A stretch of DNA of 64,000 nt from Podarcis vaucheri (lineage: Eukaryota): NCBI GenBank assembly GCA_965113315.1, contig OZ220373.1; one strand, given 5' to 3'. Both the position numbers and the translations under genes were made by a program. A model generated the notes under the pieces. The model was not told the DNA's origin, made no database searches, and saw only the letters and a program-made list of their open reading frames with translations. Positions 1 to 7,788 of the stretch are shown piece after piece (position 1 is the stretch's first letter; the number at the start of each line of letters is the position of its first letter).

Positions 1-715
1 ATAACACTGTGAGATAAATCAGGCTGAACGAGACAGAGATTTGCTCAAAGCCACCAAGAGTTTTACACACAGCTAAGTAGGAATCTGAACCTGGAATACT
101 TACATCCAGTCCAGCCAGCACCACCAACGAGAAATTATTATGGGACATGATCTGTATGCTGCTGTTAAATATATAGAGGCTGGCATGGGTCAGTATAGAC
201 GTTGCCAAATCCATTTCCCCTGGCACCAATCACACAAGGATATAACCAGAATCTGGCCCTTTTAAAACAACTTTTTCATTATACAGTTATACACTAGATG
301 TCATTACTGCTGCACTAGATCTGTAATACACGAACAGTGCGCTCCACTATATGCAGTAATCTAATTTGGGCAGAAAGCCATTATTTTTAAAAGAAATAAA
401 TAAAGTGAATCTGAGTCATCCGAAGATTTCAAACATCTGTCTCAAACATTCCAGTTCAGAAATTTAACATAACCTACATTTATGTGTTTTGATCTTATGA
501 CTGGTCTGCCACATTAAAAGATGTGCAAGGGATTTCATTCTAATCTGCTAAATTCATCTCAGGAGAGCATGCATTTTACAACAGGAAGTTTAGCACAAAC
601 ACTGAAGTCATACAGAAGCTGTAACCTTGCCTACAAGCATAAACACGTGTCAGGGCTGCCACCCAGTCCCAGCTCACATAGGACCAAGTCCGCCAGCGTT
701 CACTTTATAAGAGTC

Positions 716-721
716 TTTATT
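716..721 (-). terminator. Polyadenylation signal AATAAA in the 3' LTR (copy at 6567-6572 in the 5' LTR)
   Basis: TTTATT on the plus strand, ~75 nt downstream of the predicted TSS-equivalent position. Confidence 0.7.
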
Positions 722-773
722 AAGTTACAGGTTTCATTTCCGAACTGCAGCGTGCAGCTCTACACCTTCTGCC

Positions 774-3700
774 CTAGGTCGGCGAAGACCCGTCTGAGTC
801 CCCGCCTCTTGCACACCAGCTTAATACCCTAGCCTTGCTCCACCTCCTTCGCCTCTCCCTACGTCTCTGGGTCCTTCTGCCCCCCTGGGCCTCCTCCCTT
901 CTACTCTCCTCTGACGCTGACCCCCCTGATCCTTCTGCCTCCTTGCGGCGGGCTTTAGGACCTGGCTCACTCTCCGGGCTGCTTACTGCTCCAGCTTCCG
1001 CTGCATTTGAACTTGGCGCGCGCGCCCAACTCTCTACTTTCCTCTTAACCGTTGCCTCGCTCTCTGAGGAGGGCGTGACCACCCCTGACTCGTGCCCTCC
1101 CTCCTGCTGACAGCCTCCGGAACCCGATGCCTGTCTACCTTCCTCCCTGCTGCTCTCAGTCTTGAGCGTGGGTCCCGATTTCCAGCTGCTGCCGCCCTCA
1201 GTTATGAGCGTGGGTCCCGACTTCCAGCTGCTACTCTCTGAATCTCCTCTGTTCCCTTCCTCCTGGGGTGTCCCCCCGGATCCCCCCCTTGCTCTGCTCA
1301 CTGGGGCTCCCTTTTGGGAGTCCTCTGACTCACTGCTTAGGCTTGGAGATCTCGGGTCGTCATCATCACTCATTTTCCCTTCGGATTCCTCCCCCTCGCT
1401 CTCTGCTTCCTCCCTTCTCTGCATCTCTGCTCCTGAACCCCTGACATCCATCCCCCCCTCGAAGCCCCCCCTTCCCCCCTCCCCGCTTTCAGGTGTGGGT
1501 GCTGGGTGCTCCATCATCACGGGAGGGAATGCCGGATACAGTTCGCTCCCCGTGGTTGGCCGCCAACTGAAGACCTCCGAGTCTTCCTCCTCGCGGTCGC
1601 CGACGTTGACCTGTTCCGCTTCCATCTCTGTACCGCCGTGCTCGAACCCAAGGTCCTCCCCGAACACGTCCATGTCAGTCTCTGCGTCGGTCGCTCGACC
1701 TGGCATCTCCAGCCACTTCCGGCGCCATTGCTCCTCCGGTCGATCGTCCCACCAATACGAGGTGTCTGACGCCGAACCCGCCGGCGATCCGTCTGGGGAA
1801 CGGGTGCTCAGTGCGGGTTCCCCGTCCGAGTCGAATCCATGGAACGTGCTGGAAGAAAGTGTGGGCGTGAACAACCAGTCGTCGAAGAAGCTCGCTGGCA
1901 TGGGTCTGTGTGGGAAAAGGGCATGAAACTCGTCCTTGAGCAGGGGTTCCTCCAAAGCGTAGTCTGGCACCCAGCTATTGGCGCTGGCCCGGGTGCCCTC
2001 TCTGGCTAGGAGGTATTCGACTCCCTCTTCCCCCCATCTGGAGTCCAAAATCTCCGTGACCTCGTTGATGGTGTCTTGCTGCGTCACCCCTCGCGTCTCC
2101 GTCCGCTCCCGGAACGGACTCGGTGCCGTCCCTGGCTCCTGGAATCTGTGAGGTGCCTTGTAGGGAGTGAGCACCGACCTGTGGAACACCGGATGCATTC
2201 TGGAACCCTCCGGCAGCGCCAGTCGGAAGGCTACCGGGTTGATCTGTGCTTCGACTTGGTACGGACCAATTTGCTTGTGCCCCAACTTCTTCTTGGCTAG
2301 TGACCTGGTCGGCACTGCGTGGGCTGCCAACCAGACCCAGTCTCCCACTTGGATCTCTTCGCCAACCCGCCTGTGCTTGTCAGCTTGCACCTTGTAGGCG
2401 TGCTTAGCTAGCTCCAGCTGCCGTCTGAGTTGATCGTGTACCGCCTGCAACTCTGACGCGAACGCGTCCGCCGTCTGTGGTTCTCCGTCCCCCACTCTCT
2501 CCCGTCCCGGGAAGGTTCTGGGATTCCTCCCATTGTTGGCGAAGAACGGCGTCACCCCTGTGGACACGTGCTTCGTGTTGTTGTAAGCGAACTCGGCGAG
2601 CGGCAGGTAATCCACCCAGGTCGCAGGTTGTTGATTGGCATAGCATCTCAGGTACTGCTGCATGATGGCATTGACCCTCTCTGCTTGCCCGTTGGTCTGC
2701 GGGTGTCTTGCTGATGCCAGATCGACCTTGACATTTAGAAAACTCATCAGCTTCTGCCAGAAATTCGAGACGAACTGGCGCCCGCGGTCGGACAGGATAG
2801 ACCGCGGCAGACCATGCACTTTGAACACGTGATCTATGAACAGTTTGGCGGTTTGTTCCGCCGTGGCCACCTTCGCACACGGAATGAAATGTGCCATCTT
2901 GGTGAACAAGTCCACCACCACTAGTACAGCTGTCTTGCCTCTCGAGCTGGGTAGATCCGTAACAAAGTCCAGGGCCACTCTCTCCCACGGTTCAAACGGC
3001 GTTTGCAGCGGTTCCAGCAGTCCCGCCGGTGGTTTGTGCACCGGTTTGGCCCTCTGGCAGGTGTCGCACCTCGCAACGTAGTCCGCGACTTCCCCTCTCA
3101 GTCTGGGCCACCAAAAGTCCCTTGCGACTAATTCCACCGTTTTTTCCGTGCCAAAGTGCCCGGCCGTGGGTGCGTCGTGCAGCTGCTGCAGTACCCTGGC
3201 GCGAAGTTCGTCTCCCGGCACGTAGATGGCCCCTTTACGTAAGAGCAAGCCGTCTCGTATCTGGAACTCGTCGCCCTTCGCCGTGCCCTTGTGCACCTCT
3301 GCCATCTTCGCCTGCGCGAAGGAGTCGTCCTGCAACGCCCGCCGCACCGCATCCAGGTCTACTGTGGCTGAAGCGCACGCCCACGCTGTTGGCGCGAAGA
3401 TGTGCATGGCTGCCGCTGGCGTCGCCTCTTCGAGGTATTGCGGTTTGCGGGACAGTGCATCCGCCATGACGTTGGTGTCGCCTGGGACGTACTCTATTCG
3501 GAAATTGAAGTCAGCAAAGAACTCCGCCCAACGTATCTGCCTCTGGTTCAGGAACTGAGCCGTGCGCCAGTGCTCCAGATTCTTGTGATCCGTGCAGACC
3601 TGCACCGTGTGCTTGGCGCCGATCAGGAAGTGCCTCCACGCCTTGAAAGCTGCATGAATGGCCAGCAACTCCCTGTCCCAGATGGTGTAGTTCTGCTCCG

Positions 3701-5372
3701 ACTTGCTGAGCTTTCTGGAGTAGAACGCTCCCGGCCTCCAGACCCCCTGTGGGTCCCTTTGCAGCAGGACAGCTCCCACTGCTCTATCGGACGCGTCTGT
3801 CTCTACCCGCATCGGTCTGCTGGGGTCGATATGCAGCAGTTGCTCTTCCGACGCGAAGAGACGCTTGAGTGCCTGAAAGGACTGCTCCGCCTGCTCCGTC
3901 CAGATGAATTTCTTTTTCTTGGAGCTTAGCGTGTCCGTAATGGCCGCCGTCTGCATCGCGAACCCCTTGATAAACTTGCGATAGAAGTTGGCGAAGCCGA
4001 CAAACCGCTGGACCTCCTTCCGGTTGCGCGGGCTCTTCCAATCCAACACCGCACGAACCTTGGCGCTGTCCATGGCTAGCCCCTTGTCCGACAACTTGTA
4101 ACCCAAGAAATCCACCTCCGTCGTGTCGAACTGGCACTTCTCCAGTTTGGCGTACAGTCTATGCTGCTGCAGCCTCTTCAGCACCTCCCGAACATCTTGG
4201 TCATGGGCTTGCTGCGATTCGGAGAATATCAGGATGTCATCCAGAAAGCAGACGCACTTCTTGTAAAGGAGTCCCGCCAACACATGATGCATGAAAGCTT
4301 GGAAACAGTGAGAACCGTTTTGCAATCCAAACGGCATCACTCTGTATTCGTAGGTGCCCAGAGGCGTGAACATGGCTGTCTTCCACTCATCGCCCTCCCT
4401 CATGCGGATGAGATTGTACGCACCTCGCAGGTCCAACTTGGTGAACACGCGTCCCTTGCGCACCGTCGCTAGTAGGTCGTCAATCCTGGGCATGGGGAAA
4501 TCAGAAGGCTTGGTCATCTTGTTTAAGAGGCGAAAATCCACCACCAGTCTTTTTTGGGGCGTGTCTTTCTTCTTCACGAAGAAAACAGGACTGCCCCCTA
4601 CTGCCCTGGACTCCCGGATGAAACCGCGCTGCAAATTGTGATCTATGAACTGTTTGAGTTCCTGTAATTCGTCCTCAGACATGGAATACAGCTTCCCTTT
4701 CGGCAGCGTCGCCCCTGGTAGGAGGTCAATCTTGCAGTCATATTGCCTGTGCGGTGGTAGCTTGTCAGCCTCTTTCTCGCAGAAGACCTCCAGAAAGTCT
4801 GCGTATTTGTGGGGGACTGCTTGCAACGTTCCCAACTGCAGTTGTGATTCCTCCTCCTCTCCCTCCTGTCTGGGCAGGATGCAGTGTTCTGCGCAATAAG
4901 AGGAGCCGAAGATCAGCTGTCTCTGGTACCAAGCCAGTGTCGGACTGTGCCTGTCCAGCCAACTCATGCCCAACACAATGGGCGTGTCCGACAGTTGGGT
5001 GACATTAAAACTGATGACTTCCCTGTGGTTGCCAAGGCGCATCACCATCGGTGGCGTTTGCTTCACCACCTGCCCCCCTAGCAACTCTCTGCCATCCACT
5101 GTGACGACTTGCAGGGGCAGAGTGGCAGGCAGTAGCTGTATAGCGTGCTGCTCCACAAAATCCTGCGCTATAAAGTCTGCGTTGCTTCCAGAATCCACAG
5201 AAAGCGGCACTTCGATAGTGACGCCATCGGGTAGCTGGAGAGACGCTGTGAGCTGCACTACTGGTTTGGGTGGGAGGGGGTCCGTGGGTTGCAAGATCGC
5301 TGGGGACTGCTTCACTGATGCGTCTGGCTGGGCCCCAGTGCCTCTGTCTCCAGCCAGACATCGTCGTTTCCC
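774..5372 (-). CDS. pol: Pol polyprotein (PR-RT-RNase H-IN-chromodomain-long C-terminal tail), predicted to be made as a ~1870 aa Gag-Pol by -1 frameshift
   Basis: DSG protease site (5187-5195). RT motifs LDLRGAY, MPFGL and FLDD (4236-4247). RNase H motifs TDASD, RELLAI, TDHKNL and ADALSR. Integrase HHCC zinc finger, D-D-E core and GPY motif. Chromodomain-like segment at ~1915-2069. No stops in the 1571-codon frame. Confidence 0.97.
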   Translation of the reverse strand, partial: GKRRCLAGDRGTGAQPDASVKQSPAILQPTDPLPPKPVVQLTASLQLPDGVTIEVPLSVDSGSNADFIAQDFVEQHAIQLLPATLPLQVVTVDGRELLGGQVVKQTPPMVMRLGNHREVISFNVTQLSDTPIVLGMSWLDRHSPTLAWYQRQLIFGSSYCAEHCILPRQEGEEEESQLQLGTLQAVPHKYADFLEVFCEKEADKLPPHRQYDCKIDLLPGATLPKGKLYSMSEDELQELKQFIDHNLQRGFIRESRAVGGSPVFFVKKKDTPQKRLVVDFRLLNKMTKPSDFPMPRIDDLLATVRKGRVFTKLDLRGAYNLIRMREGDEWKTAMFTPLGTYEYRVMPFGLQNGSHCFQAFMHHVLAGLLYKKCVCFLDDILIFSESQQAHDQDVREVLKRLQQHRLYAKLEKCQFDTTEVDFLGYKLSDKGLAMDSAKVRAVLDWKSPRNRKEVQRFVGFANFYRKFIKGFAMQTAAITDTLSSKKKKFIWTEQAEQSFQALKRLFASEEQLLHIDPSRPMRVETDASDRAVGAVLLQRDPQGVWRPGAFYSRKLSKSEQNYTIWDRELLAIHAAFKAWRHFLIGAKHTVQVCTDHKNLEHWRTAQFLNQRQIRWAEFFADFNFRIEYVPGDTNVMADALSRKPQYLEEATPAAAMHIFAPTAWACASATVDLDAVRRALQDDSFAQAKMAEVHKGTAKGDEFQIRDGLLLRKGAIYVPGDELRARVLQQLHDAPTAGHFGTEKTVELVARDFWWPRLRGEVADYVARCDTCQRAKPVHKPPAGLLEPLQTPFEPWERVALDFVTDLPSSRGKTAVLVVVDLFTKMAHFIPCAKVATAEQTAKLFIDHVFKVHGLPRSILSDRGRQFVSNFWQKLMSFLNVKVDLASARHPQTNGQAERVNAIMQQYLRCYANQQPATWVDYLPLAEFAYNNTKHVSTGVTPFFANNGRNPRTFPGRERVGDGEPQTADAFASELQAVHDQLRRQLELAKHAYKVQADKHRRVGEEIQVGDWVWLAAHAVPTRSLAKKKLGHKQIGPYQVEAQINPVAFRLALPEGSRMHPVFHRSVLTPYKAPHRFQEPGTAPSPFRERTETRGVTQQDTINEVTEILDSRWGEEGVEYLLAREGTRASANSWVPDYALEEPLLKDEFHALFPHRPMPASFFDDWLFTPTLSSSTFHGFDSDGEPALSTRSPDGSPAGSASDTSYWWDDRPEEQWRRKWLEMPGRATDAETDMDVFGEDLGFEHGGTEMEAEQVNVGDREEEDSEVFSWRPTTGSELYPAFPPVMMEHPAPTPESGEGGRGGFEGGMDVRGSGAEMQRREEAESEGEESEGKMSDDDDPRSPSLSSESEDSQKGAPVSRARGGSGGTPQEEGNRGDSESSSWKSGPTLITEGGSSWKSGPTLKTESSREEGRQASGSGGCQQEGGHESGVVTPSSESEATVKRKVESWARAPSSNAAEAGAVSSPESEPGPKARRKEAEGSGGSASEESRREEAQGGRRTQRRRERRRRWSKARVLSWCARGGDSDGSSPT
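1155..1232. repeat. 42-bp-period tandem duplication inside U3 (also at 7006-7083)
   Basis: TGAGCGTGGGTCCCGA(T/C)TTCCAGCTGCT occurs at 1163 and 1205; encodes SSWKSGPTL twice in the pol frame. Confidence 0.9.
1447..1484 (-). promoter_or_regulatory. Polypurine tract
   Basis: G-rich tract ending GAGGGGGGGATGGA directly abuts the TGTCA start of the 3' LTR on the minus strand. Confidence 0.9.
5300..5372 (-). promoter_or_regulatory. -1 programmed ribosomal frameshift signal (G GGA AAC + H-type pseudoknot)
   Basis: Heptamer at 5372-5366 is in the gag frame, and pol is in the -1 frame. After a 6-nt spacer come a perfect 10-bp stem (GTCTGGCTGG/CCAGCCAGAC) and a 6-bp stem 2 (CTGGGG/CCCCAG). Confidence 0.88.
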
Positions 5373-6388
5373 TGCTGTGGTTCTCCTTGCTGCGTTGCTG
5401 CAGTCACCATTGCTGAGGCTGCAGTGTGCTTGTGGAGCCTCCGGGGACACTCTTTCGCCAAATGGCCTGGATCCTCGCAGATGTAACACTTCCTGTTCCC
5501 TCTAGGAGGCTTCGCTTTCACTGCTGTCGGTGCTTGGGCTCTGGCTGCTGACTGAGCCCTTGCACCTCCAACCTCCATCGGTTCCCCTCCCCCTCCAGGC
5601 GGAGGTGTGGATTGCGCACGCGCTGCTTCTCTTGGAACGAAATAGAAACTTCTCGCTGCTTCGCGCCCTCCACGTCCTTCATCTCTGCACCATGGACGTT
5701 CTTCCAGCCTCACCCCCACAGTCAGCGCCCTTTGGACCACCTCCTGCGTGCTTCGGGGCCTCTCCCCCCTTGCAATTTCATCCTTGACCGCAGAGCTTAG
5801 ACCCTCCCAGAACAGGTCTCTGACAGGGGGCGAATCCCGGTCCCACTCTAAGGCACTGACCAGCGCAAAAAAGCGGGCGTGGTACTGCCGGACGCTTGCC
5901 CTCCCTTGTTTTAGTCCATGAATCTCCCGTCGGGCAAGATCCACATCAATAGTAGACAAAAAACACGCATCCATCGCTTTGATAAAGGCATCTGCATTCT
6001 GAAGCGCCGGATCTTTATCCCTCCACAAATTGCGTAGCCACGCTTTGGCATCCCCATGCAAATGGGATAGTATGAACCCCACTTTCTCTTCCTCATCTCT
6101 AAAGTCTTTTGCCAGCAGTTGCAGTGCGCACATTACGTCTGCTCGAAAATTGGGGTACTGTTGTAAATTCCCATCGAAGTGAGCCACAAGCCCTCCTGCT
6201 CTCCGTGCCAACCCAACCCCCTCCGGTCTGGGTCCTGGCTGCCCGTGTTTAACCCATGCTTCAAACCTGGCGTGGAGATCTCTGTAGGCGGCTGCCGCAT
6301 CCTCCTCCCTCTTCTTGGATGCCAGTACCTCCGCGTTCAATTGGGTAACTGCCTGTTGCAGCGCTGCAACTGTCTCTGCTTCCGTCAT
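5312..6388 (-). CDS. gag: Gag (retrotransposon capsid-type, with CCHC zinc knuckle), ~358 aa from ATG at 6388
   Basis: N-terminal coiled-coil-like segment, LKQGRASVRQYHARF major-homology-like region, EPMEVG motif and CYICEDPGHLAKEC knuckle. Confidence 0.95.
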   Translation of the reverse strand: MTEAETVAALQQAVTQLNAEVLASKKREEDAAAAYRDLHARFEAWVKHGQPGPRPEGVGLARRAGGLVAHFDGNLQQYPNFRADVMCALQLLAKDFRDEEEKVGFILSHLHGDAKAWLRNLWRDKDPALQNADAFIKAMDACFLSTIDVDLARREIHGLKQGRASVRQYHARFFALVSALEWDRDSPPVRDLFWEGLSSAVKDEIARGERPRSTQEVVQRALTVGVRLEERPWCRDEGRGGREAARSFYFVPREAARAQSTPPPGGGGEPMEVGGARAQSAARAQAPTAVKAKPPRGNRKCYICEDPGHLAKECPRRLHKHTAASAMVTAATQQGEPQQGNDDVWLETEALGPSQTHQ

Positions 6389-6485
6389 CTCTGCTAACCG
6401 TCGTGAGCTTGCTCCCAAACACCGATCCCCTCCTCCAGCTGCCTCTCTCTCCGCTGCGAGATATCAGGTGTCCGAAGCTTTTGAG

Positions 6486-6496
6486 AGACGGGTCTT
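6486..6496 (-). promoter_or_regulatory. Self-priming primer-binding site (AAGACCCGTCT)
   Basis: Lies 2 nt downstream of the 5' LTR and does not start with TGG. Exactly complementary to AGACGGGTCTT at 6646-6636 in the LTR. Confidence 0.85.
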
Positions 6497-6498
6497 AC

Positions 6499-7292
6499 TG
6501 TCAGGGCTGCCACCCAGTCCCAGCTCACATAGGACCAAGTCCGCCAGCGTTCACTTTATAAGAGTCTTTATTAAGTTACAGGTTTCATTTCCGAACTGCA
6601 GCGTGCAGCTCTACACCTTCTGCCCTAGGTCGGCGAAGACCCGTCTGAGTCCCCGCCTCTTGCACACCAGCTTAATACCCTAGCCTTGCTCCACCTCCTT
6701 CGCCTCTCCCTACGTCTCTGGGTCCTTCTGCCCCCCTGGGCCTCCTCCCTTCTACTCTCCTCTGACGCTGACCCCCCTGATCCTTCTGCCTCCTTGCGGC
6801 GGGCTTTAGGACCTGGCTCACTCTCCGGGCTGCTTACTGCTCCAGCTTCCGCTGCATTTGAACTTGGCGCGCGCGCCCAACTCTCTACTTTCCTCTTAAC
6901 CGTTGCCTCGCTCTCTGAGGAGGGCGTGACCACCCCTGACTCGTGCCCTCCCTCCTGCTGACAGCCTCCGGAACCCGATGCCTGTCTACCTTCCTCCCTG
7001 CTGCTCTCAGTCTTGAGCGTGGGTCCCGATTTCCAGCTGCTGCCGCCCTCAGTTATGAGCGTGGGTCCCGACTTCCAGCTGCTACTCTCTGAATCTCCTC
7101 TGTTCCCTTCCTCCTGGGGTGTCCCCCCGGATCCCCCCCTTGCTCTGCTCACTGGGGCTCCCTTTTGGGAGTCCTCTGACTCACTGCTTAGGCTTGGAGA
7201 TCTCGGGTCGTCATCATCACTCATTTTCCCTTCGGATTCCTCCCCCTCGCTCTCTGCTTCCTCCCTTCTCTGCGTCTCTGCTCCTGAACCCC
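6499..7292 (-). repeat. 5' LTR (794 bp, outer 5 bp missing)
   Basis: Matches 648-1441; by eye only one substitution (A1423 vs G7274). The expected terminal TGACA at 7293-7297 is replaced by AGATG. Confidence 0.95.
6646..6677 (-). promoter_or_regulatory. LTR promoter: TATA-like TATTAA (6677-6672) and predicted TSS near 6646
   Basis: TATTAA starts 31 nt upstream of the 11-mer complementary to the PBS, the expected transcript start. Confidence 0.7.
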
Positions 7293-7573
7293 AGATGATT
7301 TGCTGCTTGAGGCAAAAAAATCAAGATGCCTCCCTTCTCCCATTCCAAGTACAAAAACTGATCAAAGTGGCAATAACTGAATTCTACTTCAAAGCTGATG
7401 ATGGGACCCTGTCTTCCAGTGCAACTGAAGGCAGCAGGCTATCTTAGAGAGTGCAGGACAAACCATGTGTCACAGACACACAATATTGTTCTCCAACTGC
7501 TTCTGTTCACCATCCCACAATTTGAGCCAGCTGAGGCACCCACCTCCCTTGGCTAATGGTAGGGCCAGCCCTG
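7293..7573. mobile_element. Old non-autonomous DNA transposon remnant (hAT-like), left end missing
   Basis: Ends in AGGGCCAGCCCTG, a CAGGGC-type TIR. The matching left TIR is absent at the LTR junction. Confidence 0.45.
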
Positions 7574-7619
7574 AGTATAAACTACAAATTTGGGTTAGAC
7601 TTTGGTGGGCAAGTACTTA

Positions 7620-7788
7620 CCGTATTTTTTGCACCATAACACTCACTTTTTTCCTCCTAAAAAGTAAGGGAAAATGTATGTGCGTGTTATGGAGGGAATG
7701 CCTAGGGGTGGCATGCCTACGGATTTTCCTCCTCTAAAAACTACATGCGTGTTATGGTCGGGTGCGTGTTATAGAGCGAAAAATACGG
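7620..7788. mobile_element. Tc1/mariner (pogo/Tigger-like) MITE
   Basis: TIRs CCGTATTTTTTGCACCATAAC and GTTATAGAGCGAAAAATACGG, flanked by TA on both sides. Confidence 0.88.

Larger units (their letters stand above)
648..1446 (-). repeat. 3' LTR (799 bp), termini TGTCAGGG...CCCTGACA
   Basis: 8-bp terminal inverted repeat (648-655 and 1439-1446). Direct repeat of 6499-7292. Preceded on the minus strand by a polypurine tract. Confidence 0.97.
648..7292 (-). mobile_element. Full-length Ty3/Gypsy LTR retrotransposon, chromovirus (Tf1/sushi-like) clade
   Basis: Two direct repeats offset by 5851 bp enclose uninterrupted gag and pol ORFs in PR-RT-RH-IN-chromodomain order. A PPT and a primer site sit next to the LTRs. 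Confidence 0.98.

Noticed and set aside
774-1900. Pol tail as an env gene
   Set aside because: No signal peptide, transmembrane segment or cysteine pattern; it is hydrophilic and low-complexity.
5373-5489. ORF-track start of pol at 5489
   Set aside because: Non-ATG start overlapping gag. The frameshift site at 5372-5366 explains pol expression better.
835-5800. Many plus-strand ORFs overlapping the retrotransposon (e.g. 1162-1926, 3402-3929, 4966-5505)
   Set aside because: Antisense shadows of a GC-rich coding region, mostly with non-ATG starts and no recognisable domains.
6625-7224. 199-aa ATG ORF in the 5' LTR as an independent gene
   Set aside because: It is the LTR duplicate of the Pol tail and lies almost entirely upstream of the predicted TSS, so it would not be on the element's transcript from this LTR.
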